A DNA stretch of 51,206 nt, taken from positions 1 through 51,206 of the forward strand of contig JAFYEU010000031.1 in NCBI GenBank assembly GCA_017544105.1, written 5' to 3'. Positions 9,050-19,700 of this stretch are shown piece by piece. A program made the translations under genes and the position numbers. The DNA is from Bacteroidales bacterium. Lineage in GTDB: Bacteria; Bacteroidota; Bacteroidia; Bacteroidales; WCHB1-69. The first letter of the stretch is position 1, and every line of letters begins with the position of its first letter. The notes beneath the pieces were generated by a model. It ran no database searches. It was given only the letters and a program-made list of their open reading frames with translations, and had not been told where the DNA came from.

Positions 9050-9186
9050 ATATTTTTTCCCAATCAAACAACAAGGGTGTTTTTTAGCCTGCCCAGGTAC
9101 GGGGAAGGTCACTCTGCGTAGGTGCTTTCGGAATGTTGAGGGACGGAGCCTGGAATAAAAGATTTTCATATTGTCCAAAAAATGAC

Positions 9187-9194
9187 TACCTTTG
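9187..9194 (+). promoter_or_regulatory. -7 box (TACCTTTG) for nadD-rlmD
   Basis: TAnnTTTG match 24 nt before ATG 9218. Confidence 0.6.
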
Positions 9195-9217
9195 CCCGCT
9201 TTTTTGAAAAGGACAAT

Positions 9218-9796
9218 ATGCGAAAGACAGGATTGTTTTTTGGATCATTCAACCCGATACATGTGGGCCATCTTATTGTGGCCGAGTATATGCTGGAGCA
9301 TTCCGACCTGCAGGAGATGTGGTTTGTGGTGTCGCCCGCGAACCCCCTGAAGCGTCGGGCCACGCTGCTGGATGACCGCCAGCGTTGGTATATGGTGAAC
9401 CTGGCTATCGGCGACGATCTCCGCTTCCGGGTTAGCGATGTGGAGTTCGGCCTGCCCAAGCCCTCCTACACCTGCCACACGCTCGTGCACCTGCAGGAAA
9501 AGTACCCCGACCGCGAGTTCGCGCTGATCATGGGCGCCGACAACCTGCAGACTTTCCACAAATGGCTCAACTACGAGTGGATTCTGGAGCACTTCGCGCT
9601 CTATGTCTATCCCCGCCCGGGTTATTTGTCCGAGAATCCCTATCCCGAGGCCCGCATCACCTTCGTGGACGCCCCGCAGATAGAACTCTCCTCTACCGTC
9701 ATCCGGGAGAATATCCGTCAACATATCCCCGTCCGCTATATGCTCCCCGAAAAGGTCTATGAATATATAGACGAGATGGGTTTTTACAAAAATTAA
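9218..9796 (+). CDS. nadD: Nicotinate-nucleotide adenylyltransferase
   Basis: GLFFGSFNPIHVGH (HIGH-like), PSYT, IMGADN, LSST. Start moved to ATG 9218, downstream of the promoter box. Confidence 0.95.
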   Translation: MRKTGLFFGSFNPIHVGHLIVAEYMLEHSDLQEMWFVVSPANPLKRRATLLDDRQRWYMVNLAIGDDLRFRVSDVEFGLPKPSYTCHTLVHLQEKYPDREFALIMGADNLQTFHKWLNYEWILEHFALYVYPRPGYLSENPYPEARITFVDAPQIELSSTVIRENIRQHIPVRYMLPEKVYEYIDEMGFYKN

Positions 9797-9817
9797 GAAT
9801 TTTAACAAGAAGAGAAT

Positions 9818-11224
9818 ATGGGATTTAAACGCTATACCATTGAGGATTTGGAGATCCTGTCGGCAGGTGCCGAAGGGAAAGCGGTGGCCAAGACCGCCGA
9901 AGGACTGACCGTCTTTGTGCCCTATGCGGTGCCGGGAGATCATGTCGATGTGGAGGTTTTCAAACGTAAACACGGCTATGCGGAGGCTAACCTGTTGCAG
10001 GTGCGCCAGCCTTCACCCGACCGCGTGACCCCGCCATGCCCCCACTTCGGGGTCTGCGGAGGCTGCAAGTGGCAGATGCTCGACTATGCCAAACAGCTCC
10101 AATACAAGCAGAGACAGGTGGAGGACAATTTCCGCCATCTGGGCAAGTTCGAGTTTCCGCCCGTCACGCCCATCCTCGGCTCCGAGAAGATCTATTACTA
10201 TCGTAACAAGCTGGAGTTCACCTTCTCCAATATGCGCTGGCTCTCGTACGAGGATATGGCTCGTTGCAAGGCCGGGGAGGAGTTTGAACGTCGCTGTGCC
10301 GGATTCCACATCCCCGGTATGTTCGACAAGATCCTCGACATCGACCACTGCTGGCTGCAGGGCTCCAAGAGCAACGAGATCCGCCTCTTCTGCAAGCAGT
10401 ATGCGATTGAGCACGACATCACCTTCTACGACCCCCGGGCCCGCGAAGGACAACTGCGCAATATCATCATCCGCACGGCCTCTACCGGCGACCTGATGGT
10501 GGTGCTCATCGTCTCCCTCTACGACGAGAAGGCCGAAGCCATGCTGACCGCCCTCGCTGAGGCGTTCCCCGAGATCACCTCCCTGATCTATATGGTCAAC
10601 ACCAAACTCAACGACACGGTCTTCGACCTGCCCTTCCATCTCTTCAAAGGCCAAGACCATATCATGGAGCGCATGGAGGATCTCTACTTCAAGGTGGGGC
10701 CCAAGTCGTTCTATCAGACCAACAGCGAGCAGGCCTACACGCTCTACAAGGTGGCGCGCGAGTTTGCCGACATCCATCCGGACGAGGTGGTCTATGACCT
10801 CTTTACCGGCACGGGCACCATCGCCAACTTCGTGGCGCACCAGGCCAAGAAGGTCATCGGCGTGGAGTATGTGGATGCCGCCGTGGAGGACGCCCGCGAG
10901 AACGCTGCCCGCAACAAGATCACGAATACCGAGTTTGTGGTGGGCGACATGGCCAAGATCTTCACCGACGACTTCATCACCCGCTACAGTCGCCCGGATG
11001 TCATCATCACCGATCCGCCGCGCGCCGGCATGCACCCCAACGTCATCGCCCAGCTGCTCAAGTTGGAGGTGCCGCGCATGGTCTATATCAGCTGCAACCC
11101 CGCCACCCAGGCCCGCGACCTCACTCTGCTTAACGCTAAATACAAAGTTGTCAAGGTGCAACCCGTGGATATGTTCCCCCACACCCAGCATGTGGAGAAT
11201 GTGGTGAAATTGGAACTTAGATAA
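9818..11224 (+). CDS. rlmD: 23S rRNA (uracil-1939-C5)-methyltransferase
   Basis: TRAM-like N-terminus, Fe-S motif CPHFGVCGGC, SFYQTN, DLFTGTG, DPPRAG, YISCNPATQARD, DMFPHTQHVE. Confidence 0.93.
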   Translation: MGFKRYTIEDLEILSAGAEGKAVAKTAEGLTVFVPYAVPGDHVDVEVFKRKHGYAEANLLQVRQPSPDRVTPPCPHFGVCGGCKWQMLDYAKQLQYKQRQVEDNFRHLGKFEFPPVTPILGSEKIYYYRNKLEFTFSNMRWLSYEDMARCKAGEEFERRCAGFHIPGMFDKILDIDHCWLQGSKSNEIRLFCKQYAIEHDITFYDPRAREGQLRNIIIRTASTGDLMVVLIVSLYDEKAEAMLTALAEAFPEITSLIYMVNTKLNDTVFDLPFHLFKGQDHIMERMEDLYFKVGPKSFYQTNSEQAYTLYKVAREFADIHPDEVVYDLFTGTGTIANFVAHQAKKVIGVEYVDAAVEDARENAARNKITNTEFVVGDMAKIFTDDFITRYSRPDVIITDPPRAGMHPNVIAQLLKLEVPRMVYISCNPATQARDLTLLNAKYKVVKVQPVDMFPHTQHVENVVKLELR

Positions 11225-11238
11225 GACATCCTCCTTCT

Positions 11239-11904
11239 TTATTTGAAGAGAATAATCCTGAATTCTTCTTTTCCCGGCTTATACTTTGCCTTCTTGGCCT
11301 CCCGGATGCACTGTTGCTGGATGTAGGTGTTGGTGATAGTAGTCCGCCCTTTGCTATTGTTTACGATGCGGGCTTCGCTGACTGTCCCGTCGGCCATCAC
11401 ATGCACCTCCACGGCCACCTGCCCTTCCTCAGAAATTTCAGTGTTGATTTGTTTGACAAGACCGCGGGACCCCGTGCCATATCCGATGCCACCGCCACTG
11501 CCGGAACCCTCACCGGGCCCCAGCCCTGAGCCTGTACCCGTGCCGATGCCGCTACCGCCTTTACCCCCTTTGAACATGGCATTTTGGTTCACGGTAGGGG
11601 TGGTAGAAGTCGTGTTGTCTTTGACAATGGTGTCGTGCACTACCTTCACCACGGTCTTGTACACAGTGTCGGGGGAGGCCTTCTTTTTCGGGGAGGCGCT
11701 GGTGCTTTTTGCCTTCTGGTCATCCGCAGGATAGCCTGTCGTAGGCTCTTCGGGATAGCAGATAGAGTCGGTCTGCGTGCTGTCGGGGGCGGCAAGTGCA
11801 GGTCCTTCCGGCGTTTTGCCATGAGGGAAGGTGCGGGCGACCAGCAGGATCAGCATCGCCAAGATAGCGGCCAACAGCGCGAATACCGTGCCAACTCCTC
11901 GGGC
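11239..11904 (-). CDS. Membrane-anchored protein with Pro/Thr/Gly-rich linker and TonB-C-like C-terminal domain (probable 3' half of a broken gene)
   Basis: The frame is open from about 11908 (SGARGVGTVFALLAAILAMLILLVA, a TM helix) without a good start codon. Gly-rich GGKGGSGIGTGTGSGLGPGEG segment; EEGQVAVEVHVMADGTVSEARI...EAKKAKY resembles TonB_C. Confidence 0.55.
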   Translation of the reverse strand, partial: ARGVGTVFALLAAILAMLILLVARTFPHGKTPEGPALAAPDSTQTDSICYPEEPTTGYPADDQKAKSTSASPKKKASPDTVYKTVVKVVHDTIVKDNTTSTTPTVNQNAMFKGGKGGSGIGTGTGSGLGPGEGSGSGGGIGYGTGSRGLVKQINTEISEEGQVAVEVHVMADGTVSEARIVNNSKGRTTITNTYIQQQCIREAKKAKYKPGKEEFRIILFK

Positions 11905-12191
11905 TCCAGATCATCTTCGGACATGTCAAATTCGATATGTATTTCTTCCAGATGAACAAAATGTTGTGCCTGACGTAGGTGCTGCAATGCCGTATTGACC
12001 GTGACGCGCCGCATCCAAGCCTCAAAACTGCCAAGTCCCTTGAAGGTGTCCGCTTTTTCGACGCACTGCAGAAACGCCTCATGCGCAAGGTCTTCAGCCT
12101 CCTGTTTATCCGATACATAACGTAGGCAGAGAGCTATCATCTTGCCGATATTCTGTTGGTATTTCTCAACCCAAAAATCCTGACTGAACAT
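11850..12191 (-). pseudogene. Truncated ECF sigma-70 factor (region 2 only)
   Basis: LCLRYVSDKQEAEDLAHEAF...FEAWMRRVTVNTALQHLR is sigma region 2. There is no region-4 HTH, and the C-terminus runs out of frame into the next ORF. Confidence 0.65.
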
Positions 12192-12261
12192 AGCGTGATT
12201 TTTATAGTATGATGCAAAACTTTTGAAAGGGGCAAAATTATTAAATATTCATCGTTTTTTG

Positions 12262-12269
12262 TATCTTTG
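12262..12269 (+). promoter_or_regulatory. -7 box (TATCTTTG) for the hutH operon; a divergent TAATTTTG box at 12233-12240 (minus) serves the ECF gene
   Basis: TAnnTTTG matches in both directions in the 12192-12313 intergenic region. Confidence 0.55.
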
Positions 12270-12313
12270 CCCGCTTATTATCTTTAGGAGTATAATATCA
12301 AAATATCATCTAT

Positions 12314-13810
12314 ATGACACGTCACAAAATCTCTACTAAGTTTCTCAGTATTGAGAAGATTGAAAAAATTATCGAACGTAAACAGAAGATAGAATTGTCG
12401 CAGGAGGCCATCGATGCCATCCAGAAATGCCGCGCCTACCTGGACAAGAAAACGGACACCGAGAAGGAGCCCATCTACGGGGTGACTACCGGCTTCGGTT
12501 CCCTTTGCAACCGCAGCATCTCCAAGGAGGATCTCTCTACCTTGCAACGCAACCTTGTCATCTCCCATGCCTGCGGGGTGGGGGAGGAGGTGCCCCAAGA
12601 GATCGTGCAGCTGATGTTGTTGATGAAGATTCAGTCTCTCTCCTACGGCCATTCCGGCGTGCAGCTGGCTACCGTGCAACGTCTGATTGACTTCTACAAC
12701 AAGGGGGTTTATCCCGTGGTCTATCAGCAGGGTTCACTGGGCGCTTCCGGTGACTTGGCCCCGTTGGCTCACCTCAGCTTGCCCATCATCGGCATGGGCG
12801 AGGTGTACTATCGTGGTAAGAAGTACCCCGCCGCCACCATCAACGAGAAGTTCGGCTGGGAGCCTATCACCCTCCAGTCCAAAGAGGGTCTGGCCCTGCT
12901 CAACGGTACCCAGTTCATGAGTTCCTACGCTGTCTGGTTGCTCATCAAGGCCAAGAAGCTCTCCTGGCTGGCCGACATCATCGGCACCGTCTCCCTGGAG
13001 GCGTTCGATGGCTGTCTGAGTCCTTTCAACATCAACGTGCACCTTGTGCGCCCGCATGCCGGCCAGATCATCACGGCCACACATATCTACAACATGCTGC
13101 AGGGCTCTGAGATCATCTGCCAGCATAAGGAGCATGTGCAGGATCCCTACTCCTTCCGCTGCATGCCGCAGGTGCATGGCGCCAGCAAGGATGCCATCTC
13201 CCATGTGCAGGATGTGGTGGAGACCGAGATCAACTCCGTGACCGACAACCCGACGGTCTTCCCCGATGAGGATCTGGTCATCTCCGCTGGCAACTTCCAT
13301 GGTCAGCCTCTGGCCTTGGTGCTCGACTTCCTGACCATCGCGGTGGCCGAGCTGGGCAATATCTCCGAACGCCGTATCTATCAACTCATCTCCGGCAAAC
13401 GCGGTCTGCCCTCTTTCCTTGTGAAGAACCCCGGCCTCAACTCCGGCTTCATGATCCCGCAGTACGCCGCTGCCTCCATCGTCAACCAGAACAAAGCCTT
13501 CACGATGCCTTGCTCTACCGACTCCATCGAGTCGTCCCAAGGTCAGGAGGACCATGTCAGTATGGGTGCCAATGCCGCCACCAAGTGCTATCTGGTGGTC
13601 AACAACCTGGAGAAGATCCTCGGCATTGAGCTCTTCAACGCCGCCCAGGCCCTGGAGTTCCGCCGCCCGCTGAAGTCTTCACAGTTTATCGAGGACTTTG
13701 TGGCAGCCTTCCGCCAAGTGGTGCCTTTTGTGGAGAACGACACCTATATGCATGAGCTGATTCAGAAGTCTATCGACTTTGTGAATGGCGTGAAAGTGTT
13801 GATGGACTAG
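12314..13810 (+). CDS. hutH: Histidine ammonia-lyase
   Basis: YGVTTGFG, SHACG, GASGDLAPLA (MIO-forming ASG), KEGLALLNGT, QDPYSFRC, GNFHG, QEDHVSMG. Confidence 0.95.
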   Translation: MTRHKISTKFLSIEKIEKIIERKQKIELSQEAIDAIQKCRAYLDKKTDTEKEPIYGVTTGFGSLCNRSISKEDLSTLQRNLVISHACGVGEEVPQEIVQLMLLMKIQSLSYGHSGVQLATVQRLIDFYNKGVYPVVYQQGSLGASGDLAPLAHLSLPIIGMGEVYYRGKKYPAATINEKFGWEPITLQSKEGLALLNGTQFMSSYAVWLLIKAKKLSWLADIIGTVSLEAFDGCLSPFNINVHLVRPHAGQIITATHIYNMLQGSEIICQHKEHVQDPYSFRCMPQVHGASKDAISHVQDVVETEINSVTDNPTVFPDEDLVISAGNFHGQPLALVLDFLTIAVAELGNISERRIYQLISGKRGLPSFLVKNPGLNSGFMIPQYAAASIVNQNKAFTMPCSTDSIESSQGQEDHVSMGANAATKCYLVVNNLEKILGIELFNAAQALEFRRPLKSSQFIEDFVAAFRQVVPFVENDTYMHELIQKSIDFVNGVKVLMD

Positions 13811-13819
13811 TCTGTCACG

Positions 13820-14314
13820 ATGAAAGCCAGGCTTTGGATTGTCGGTTTATGTCTGCTCGCTTTGACAGGATGCGGCCGTCGGGAGGTCTTTCCCGTCGAG
13901 CCGCACATCGAGTTTGTCCGTATCGATAAAATCGACAACGGCACGGGCGTGGACAACCAAGCCGACCTCGTCGTCTATTTCGAGGACGGGGATGGAGACA
14001 TCGGACTTAATGAAACCGACACCGACTCGATCTTTGCAATTGGCTCCCCTTATTATTACGACTTCTTTATTCATTATTACGAGAAGCAAAATGGCGTTTG
14101 GACGGAGGTGGAGCTCCCCACGCCGTTGCATGCCCGCCTGCCCCATCTGAGTGATAATGTGCCGGAAGCCATCAAAGGCGAGATCACCATCACCACTTTC
14201 ATCAACAACTATACCTCACCCTATGATACCATCATGCTCTCTTGCCAGCTCGTGGACCGGGCCCTGCACGAGAGCAATATCATCACAACCCCTGAAATAA
14301 TCGTACAAAAATGA
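13820..14314 (+). CDS. Hypothetical lipoprotein
   Basis: Lipobox LALTGC and a FEDGDGDIGL motif; overlaps the nadC start (ATGA). Confidence 0.7.
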   Translation: MKARLWIVGLCLLALTGCGRREVFPVEPHIEFVRIDKIDNGTGVDNQADLVVYFEDGDGDIGLNETDTDSIFAIGSPYYYDFFIHYYEKQNGVWTEVELPTPLHARLPHLSDNVPEAIKGEITITTFINNYTSPYDTIMLSCQLVDRALHESNIITTPEIIVQK

Positions 14315-15162
14315 ACATCGACGAACATATTCGGCAACTGATCGCCATGTCTCTGGCTGAAGATATCGGCAACGGAGACCATTCCTCCCTTTCCTGCATT
14401 GATGCGGGGGCGCAAGGGGAGATGAAACTGCTGGTCAAGCAAGACGGCATCCTCTGCGGTGTGGACGTGGCCGCGGAGATCGCCCGTCAGGTGGATGCGC
14501 GGATCACGATGGAGCGCTTCATGGACGACGGAGCCCAGATCAAAAAGGGCGACATCGTCTTTATCCTGCGCGGACCCGCCCAGAAGATGCTCACCGCTGA
14601 GCGCACCATCCTCAACTATATGCAACGGATGAGCGGCATCGCCACCACCACCCATGCCTACGTGGAGATGGTGAAAGGCACCGGCGTGACCCTGCTCGAT
14701 ACCCGTAAGACCACCCCCAATATGCGCTACTTTGAGAAATATGCCGTCAAGACCGGTGGGGCTGAAAACCATCGCATTGGCCTTTTCGACATGATCATGC
14801 TCAAAGACAACCATATTGACTTTGCCGGCAGCATCGAGAAGGCTATTGATCTGGCAAACAACTACCTTCAGACCCATCACATGGATCTTAAGATAGAGGT
14901 GGAGACCCGCTCCCTCGAGGATGTACGACGGGTGATGGAGCATGGTGGAGTGCACCGGATTATGTTCGACAACTTCACGCCCGAGATGATAAAGGAGGGC
15001 GTCAAGATGGTCAATCACAAATACGAAACAGAAGCTTCCGGTGGCATCACCGATGAGACCCTTCGCGACTATGCCGCCACCGGTGTGGACTTTATCTCTG
15101 TGGGCGCTTTCACCCATCATATCAGCAGCCTCGACTTGAGTCTGAAGACTATCATCCTATAA
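14311..15162 (+). CDS. nadC: Nicotinate-nucleotide pyrophosphorylase (carboxylating)
   Basis: AERTILN, SGIAT, DTRKT, HRIGLFD, KDNH, IEVE, DNF, EASGGI. Confidence 0.95.
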   Translation: MNIDEHIRQLIAMSLAEDIGNGDHSSLSCIDAGAQGEMKLLVKQDGILCGVDVAAEIARQVDARITMERFMDDGAQIKKGDIVFILRGPAQKMLTAERTILNYMQRMSGIATTTHAYVEMVKGTGVTLLDTRKTTPNMRYFEKYAVKTGGAENHRIGLFDMIMLKDNHIDFAGSIEKAIDLANNYLQTHHMDLKIEVETRSLEDVRRVMEHGGVHRIMFDNFTPEMIKEGVKMVNHKYETEASGGITDETLRDYAATGVDFISVGAFTHHISSLDLSLKTIIL

Positions 15163-15224
15163 GCCTATGAACGATGCGGCATAACGACTACTCATCCCCA
15201 GAAAAACCTTTGCGATAATCGCCT

Positions 15225-16214
15225 ATGCTCTTGGATTTTAAGAAGATAAGTGATCAAATCCATGCGTGGAGCGAGGATATGGAACAGATTCCGGTACTCG
15301 GCAAGCTGATCCGTAAGTCCAAGACGCTCACGTTACCGGGCTTTCAGAAGATGCCCCTCTATGACGTGATGCGCTTCTTCATGCAGTCGCTCGGCAAGGG
15401 GGTTGTCTTCCAACGCGCCGCCGCCATGACGTACCGCATCTTCGTGGCCCTGATCCCCATCATCATAGGACTCTTCACGGTGGTGGCCTATCTGGGCGAA
15501 GGCATCCAGCTGACTCTGATCGATTTTCTGGAGTCGGCAGTCCCTACCTACGTGTGGCCCGCCATCCAGAATATGATCACCGAGGTGATTACCCGCCAAT
15601 ATGGGGCCCTGACCTCCGTGATGTTCGTAATCGGCATTTACTTTACCATCTTGCTGATTAACTCCATGTTGGTAGCCATGAACACCTCCTACTTCAACGA
15701 CGCACGCCGTAGTCTATGGAAACAGATCCTGCTAAGCGTGATGATCATGCTGATCGCCTTCGGGGTCATCCTCGTGGTGATTGCCCTGTTTATTGCCGCC
15801 TCTCTGATTATGAAGTACGTGCATACCCATATCTTCGGCACCAATACGGGCTATTTCCTAACTGTCCATGGTATCAAGTGGATCCTGACGTATGCTGCTA
15901 TATACTTCTTGATCAGTGTATTATACTATTTGGCCCCCGTGGAGAAATCGAACTACCGCTTCTTCTCGGCCGGCTCCTCCTTGGCAACCATCTCCATGGT
16001 GATCCTGCTGTGGATACTGAATGTCTATTTCTCCAATTTCTCCAACTATAACCTGATCTATGGGTCTTTGGGTGCTATCTTTGCCGTCTTGTTGTGGATC
16101 AACTGGAGTTGTATTATCTTTCTGGTAGGCTATGAACTGAACGTTAGTATTGCCCGGGCGAAGGTGGAAATTATAGACCAACATTCCTCTAAAGAAAATG
16201 TAAATGTAACATAA
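15225..16214 (+). CDS. YihY/virulence factor BrkB family membrane protein
   Basis: RAAAMTY..F, multiple TM helices, YNLIYGSLGAIFAVLLW..G.ELN. Confidence 0.88.
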   Translation: MLLDFKKISDQIHAWSEDMEQIPVLGKLIRKSKTLTLPGFQKMPLYDVMRFFMQSLGKGVVFQRAAAMTYRIFVALIPIIIGLFTVVAYLGEGIQLTLIDFLESAVPTYVWPAIQNMITEVITRQYGALTSVMFVIGIYFTILLINSMLVAMNTSYFNDARRSLWKQILLSVMIMLIAFGVILVVIALFIAASLIMKYVHTHIFGTNTGYFLTVHGIKWILTYAAIYFLISVLYYLAPVEKSNYRFFSAGSSLATISMVILLWILNVYFSNFSNYNLIYGSLGAIFAVLLWINWSCIIFLVGYELNVSIARAKVEIIDQHSSKENVNVT

Positions 16215-16235
16215 TTATATATACAATAATAAGAT

Positions 16236-16649
16236 ATGAAAGACATACTCATATTCCTTGCCGTGATGGCGCTTTCGCTGATACCGACGCTCTTGAAATC
16301 CCTCAAAGAGAGCAATGACAAGAATGCGCAAAAGCCCGCTCCGAAGGTCAAGCCGGACCCCTATTTCCCCGATGCCGACCAGGCGCCGAGGCCCCGGTAT
16401 GCGACAAGCAGACCAACGGTGTAAGGCTCTGCGAATGACGATTACTTCACTTATGAGACGGTTGAGGATCCTCAGTCACGAAGGACAGCCTCGGATCAAG
16501 GATCGCAAAAACCGTCCGCTCCGGAAGCACCCGCATCCCGCATGGAAATCAAACAAGAAGGAAAGCCAAAAGTCGAACTTTCTTTGGAAGAAGAGGAAAT
16601 TTATAAAGGTATCATCTATTCTGAAATTTTAAAAAGAAAATATATATAG
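16236..16649 (+). pseudogene. Small N-terminally anchored membrane protein interrupted by in-frame TAA (16422-16424)
   Basis: After the stop the same frame stays open for 74 codons (GSANDDYFTYETVED...EEEIYKGIIYSEILKRKYI*). It ends in an IIxSEILxRKY-type motif that I recall from Bacteroidales hypothetical proteins. Confidence 0.7.
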
Positions 16650-16770
16650 TTGAAAGATAGGGTTTTGAAATAAAATCAAAAACTTGTTGGTTGCATTAAT
16701 AAATTTCTTATTTTAGCCCCCTCCAAAATAGTATGCAAAAAAGTTTAATGTTTAATATAAAAAAAAGGCT

Positions 16771-19700
16771 ATGATTAAAAAATTACTCTTAACTCTTGGA
16801 GTGATCCTTCTTTTCACAACCATGGCATTTTCACAGACTTCCACCATTAAAGGTGTGGTCAAGGACCAAACTGGAGAGCCCTTGGCCTACACTTATGTCT
16901 ATTTGATGACAGGTGACAAGAATGTGAACTACTCTATGACGGATGAAAAAGGAGAGTATCAGATTTTCGGTGTTGAAGTCGGTACTTACGACATGCTTGC
17001 CGATGCAGAAATGACCTGCAAAAAGAAACAGAAAATCGCCAACGTCCAAGTCCCGTCCGGACAGGTCGTGTTCATCGACTTTTCCATTGACTGTGCGGGT
17101 GAGCTTGACATTGTCGATATCGTTTACGAACCGCAAGTGTTTGATGTCGGTAGCACCTCATCTTCCACCCGTATCACAGGTGAAAACCTGCGTACCACCC
17201 CCGGTCGTTCCGTGACTGGCGCCTTGTCCGCTTTGGAAGGTGTAACCGGTATTGACGGTTCTATGAGCTCTGTCCGTGGTAACCGTTCCGATGGTCAGAA
17301 AACCATCGTCGATGGTGTGACCATCCGAGGTAGCAGCAGCGTCTCCATGTCTTCTATTGAGGAAGCCCAGTTGATCCAGGGCGGTATCCCGGCTGAGTAT
17401 GGTGACGGTACCTCCTTCACGGTCATTACCACCAAGTCGGCTCCTCGTGACTTCCACGGTTCCCTTGAGTTGCGTGGCTCCATCGATGGCTACAACAACT
17501 TCCTGGGTGCTGTTTCCCTTTCCGGTCCTATCTTGAAGGGCAAGAAGAAAACAGATCCTGCCCGTATCGGCTTCCTCTTCAGTGGTGAGGTTTCTTATGA
17601 CCATGACGCCTCTCCTGCCCGTGGCGGTACTTGGATGGCCAATGACGATGTGATCGAATATTTGATTCAAAATCCCTTGCGTTACAGTAATACTGAATAT
17701 GGTGCCCAATATCAAGAGGCCTGCTACCTGACCAGCGAGTCCTTCCACAAGGAGCGTGTCAGAAAGAATGCCGGCACTTGGGATTACCTCGGACAGTTGA
17801 AGTTCGACTTCATGTTGGGTAAAACCCACAACATGAAACTCTCCCTCGGCGGTTCCTATGAGTACGCCAAAGGCAAATCCTGGAGCACTACCCAAGCATT
17901 GTTCAACAATGCCAACAACCCGACTTCCGAGCAGTCCACCATGCGTTTCAACGCCCGTTTGAACCACCGTGCTTTCACGGATACTTCCACCACGGCTGTG
18001 TTGAAGAACATCATGTACGACATCAACGTCAACTACACCCGTATCAATGGTCGTTCCTATGCCACCGAGCATAAAGACAGATTGTTCGAATACGGTTATA
18101 TCGGAAAGTTCGAGACCCAGAAGACTAGAAGCTACACCTTTGTGGATGAGTTGACTTTGCCTGGTGACAGTCTCACTGGCCCCATTGATTTGTACGATGT
18201 GTATGAATTCAACGGTTGGTATGACTCTGTCGTGACTTTCAGCGTCAATCCTAATTTCAACGTCAACCCTATCCTCTCCCAATATACTCTTAACTTCGTA
18301 AACCAATTCCCTGTCGAGGATATCTATCGTAACTTCTACGAGGGCTTCCCGTATGACCTGACCCTGTATCAGACCTTTGGCGCTCTGCGTAACGGTGACC
18401 AGCCCAGCTCTGTATATTCCATGTATCAGTCTCCGGGCGTTGTCTATAATGGTTACAGCAAGTCCCAAACCGAGCAGTTTGGTGTGAAGGCCAGCATCTC
18501 CATGGCTCTCAAGAACCATGAGTTGAAGTTCGGTTATGACTTCGAAAAACTGACTTACCGTGGCTACGGTATCGGACCGGTCGGTCTCTGGACCCTCATG
18601 AGAAACGAGGCCAACTATCATATCTCTGAGTTGGATAAGGACAATCCTATCATTTGGAATAACGGTGAAAGCTTCTATGTGGATTACAACCGTTTGGTCA
18701 GCCTCAACGACCAGACCGCTTTCGACCGCAACCTCCGTACCTCTTTGGGCTTGAACCCTGATGGCGACGATTGGTTGGATATCGACAGCTATGACCCGAA
18801 TGTCTTCAGCGTGGATATGTTCTCCGCCGAAGAGCTCCTGCTTGGTACCTCTTCCGGTGAAAGCCCAATGGTCAGCTACTATGGTTATGACTATACTGGC
18901 AAGATCAACAAGAAGAAAACTACGATTGACGACTTCTTCAACGGTATTGGCAGCGATGGTGAGAAGACCTACTCCATCGGAGCTTACGAGCCGGTTTATA
19001 TGGCCTTCTATCTCCAGGATAAGTTCTCCATCAGAAGCTTGCTCTTCAACATCGGTTTGCGTGTTGACCGTTTCGACGCTAACCAGTCCGTGTTGAAAGA
19101 CCCCTACCTCTTCCGCGAAGCCTACACAGTTAAAGATATCCGCAACCTGAATAGCAACATCAACTTCGTCGGCAATGCCGAAGACAACTGGGTTGTTTAC
19201 TATCAAGGTTCCGACACCTACATGAGCGAAGCCGACATCCAAGGCGATGTGTTCAACAGCTCCTCCATCATCGGTTATCGTAATGGAGACACCTGGTACA
19301 ACGCTGCCGGTCAAGAGGTCACTGACCCTGAGGCTCAGCTCTCCCTCTACGTAAACGGTCCTATCTTGAAGAATGAGATCGACCTGATCAACTCCATCAC
19401 CAAGGTGGAATCCTCCGCCTTCACCGATTACAAGGCACAATGGTCTGTCATGCCTCGTATCTCCTTCTCCTTCAACGTGAACGACAACTCCTTGTTCTAC
19501 GCTCACTATAACATCATCACTTCTCGTCCTACCAACCTGCAGATTTCTCCGGTGGACTACCTCTTCATCTCCAAGAGAAACTCCGCTAGCGATATTATCT
19601 CCAACCCGAACATGAAACCGCAACAGAGTATCGACTATGAAATCGGTTTCCGTCAGAAAGTTGGTAACAAGTCTGCTATCGGTATCAGCGCTTACTATTC

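Noticed and set aside
9085-9155. GC-rich patch between divergent promoters as an NAD-related riboswitch or sRNA
   Set aside because: It lies upstream of both -7 boxes, so it is in neither 5' UTR, and shows only short ccagg/cctgg complementarity.
16422-16424. Stop-codon reassignment or programmed readthrough
   Set aside because: TAA terminates many intact genes in the window; a single case is better explained by mutation or sequencing error.
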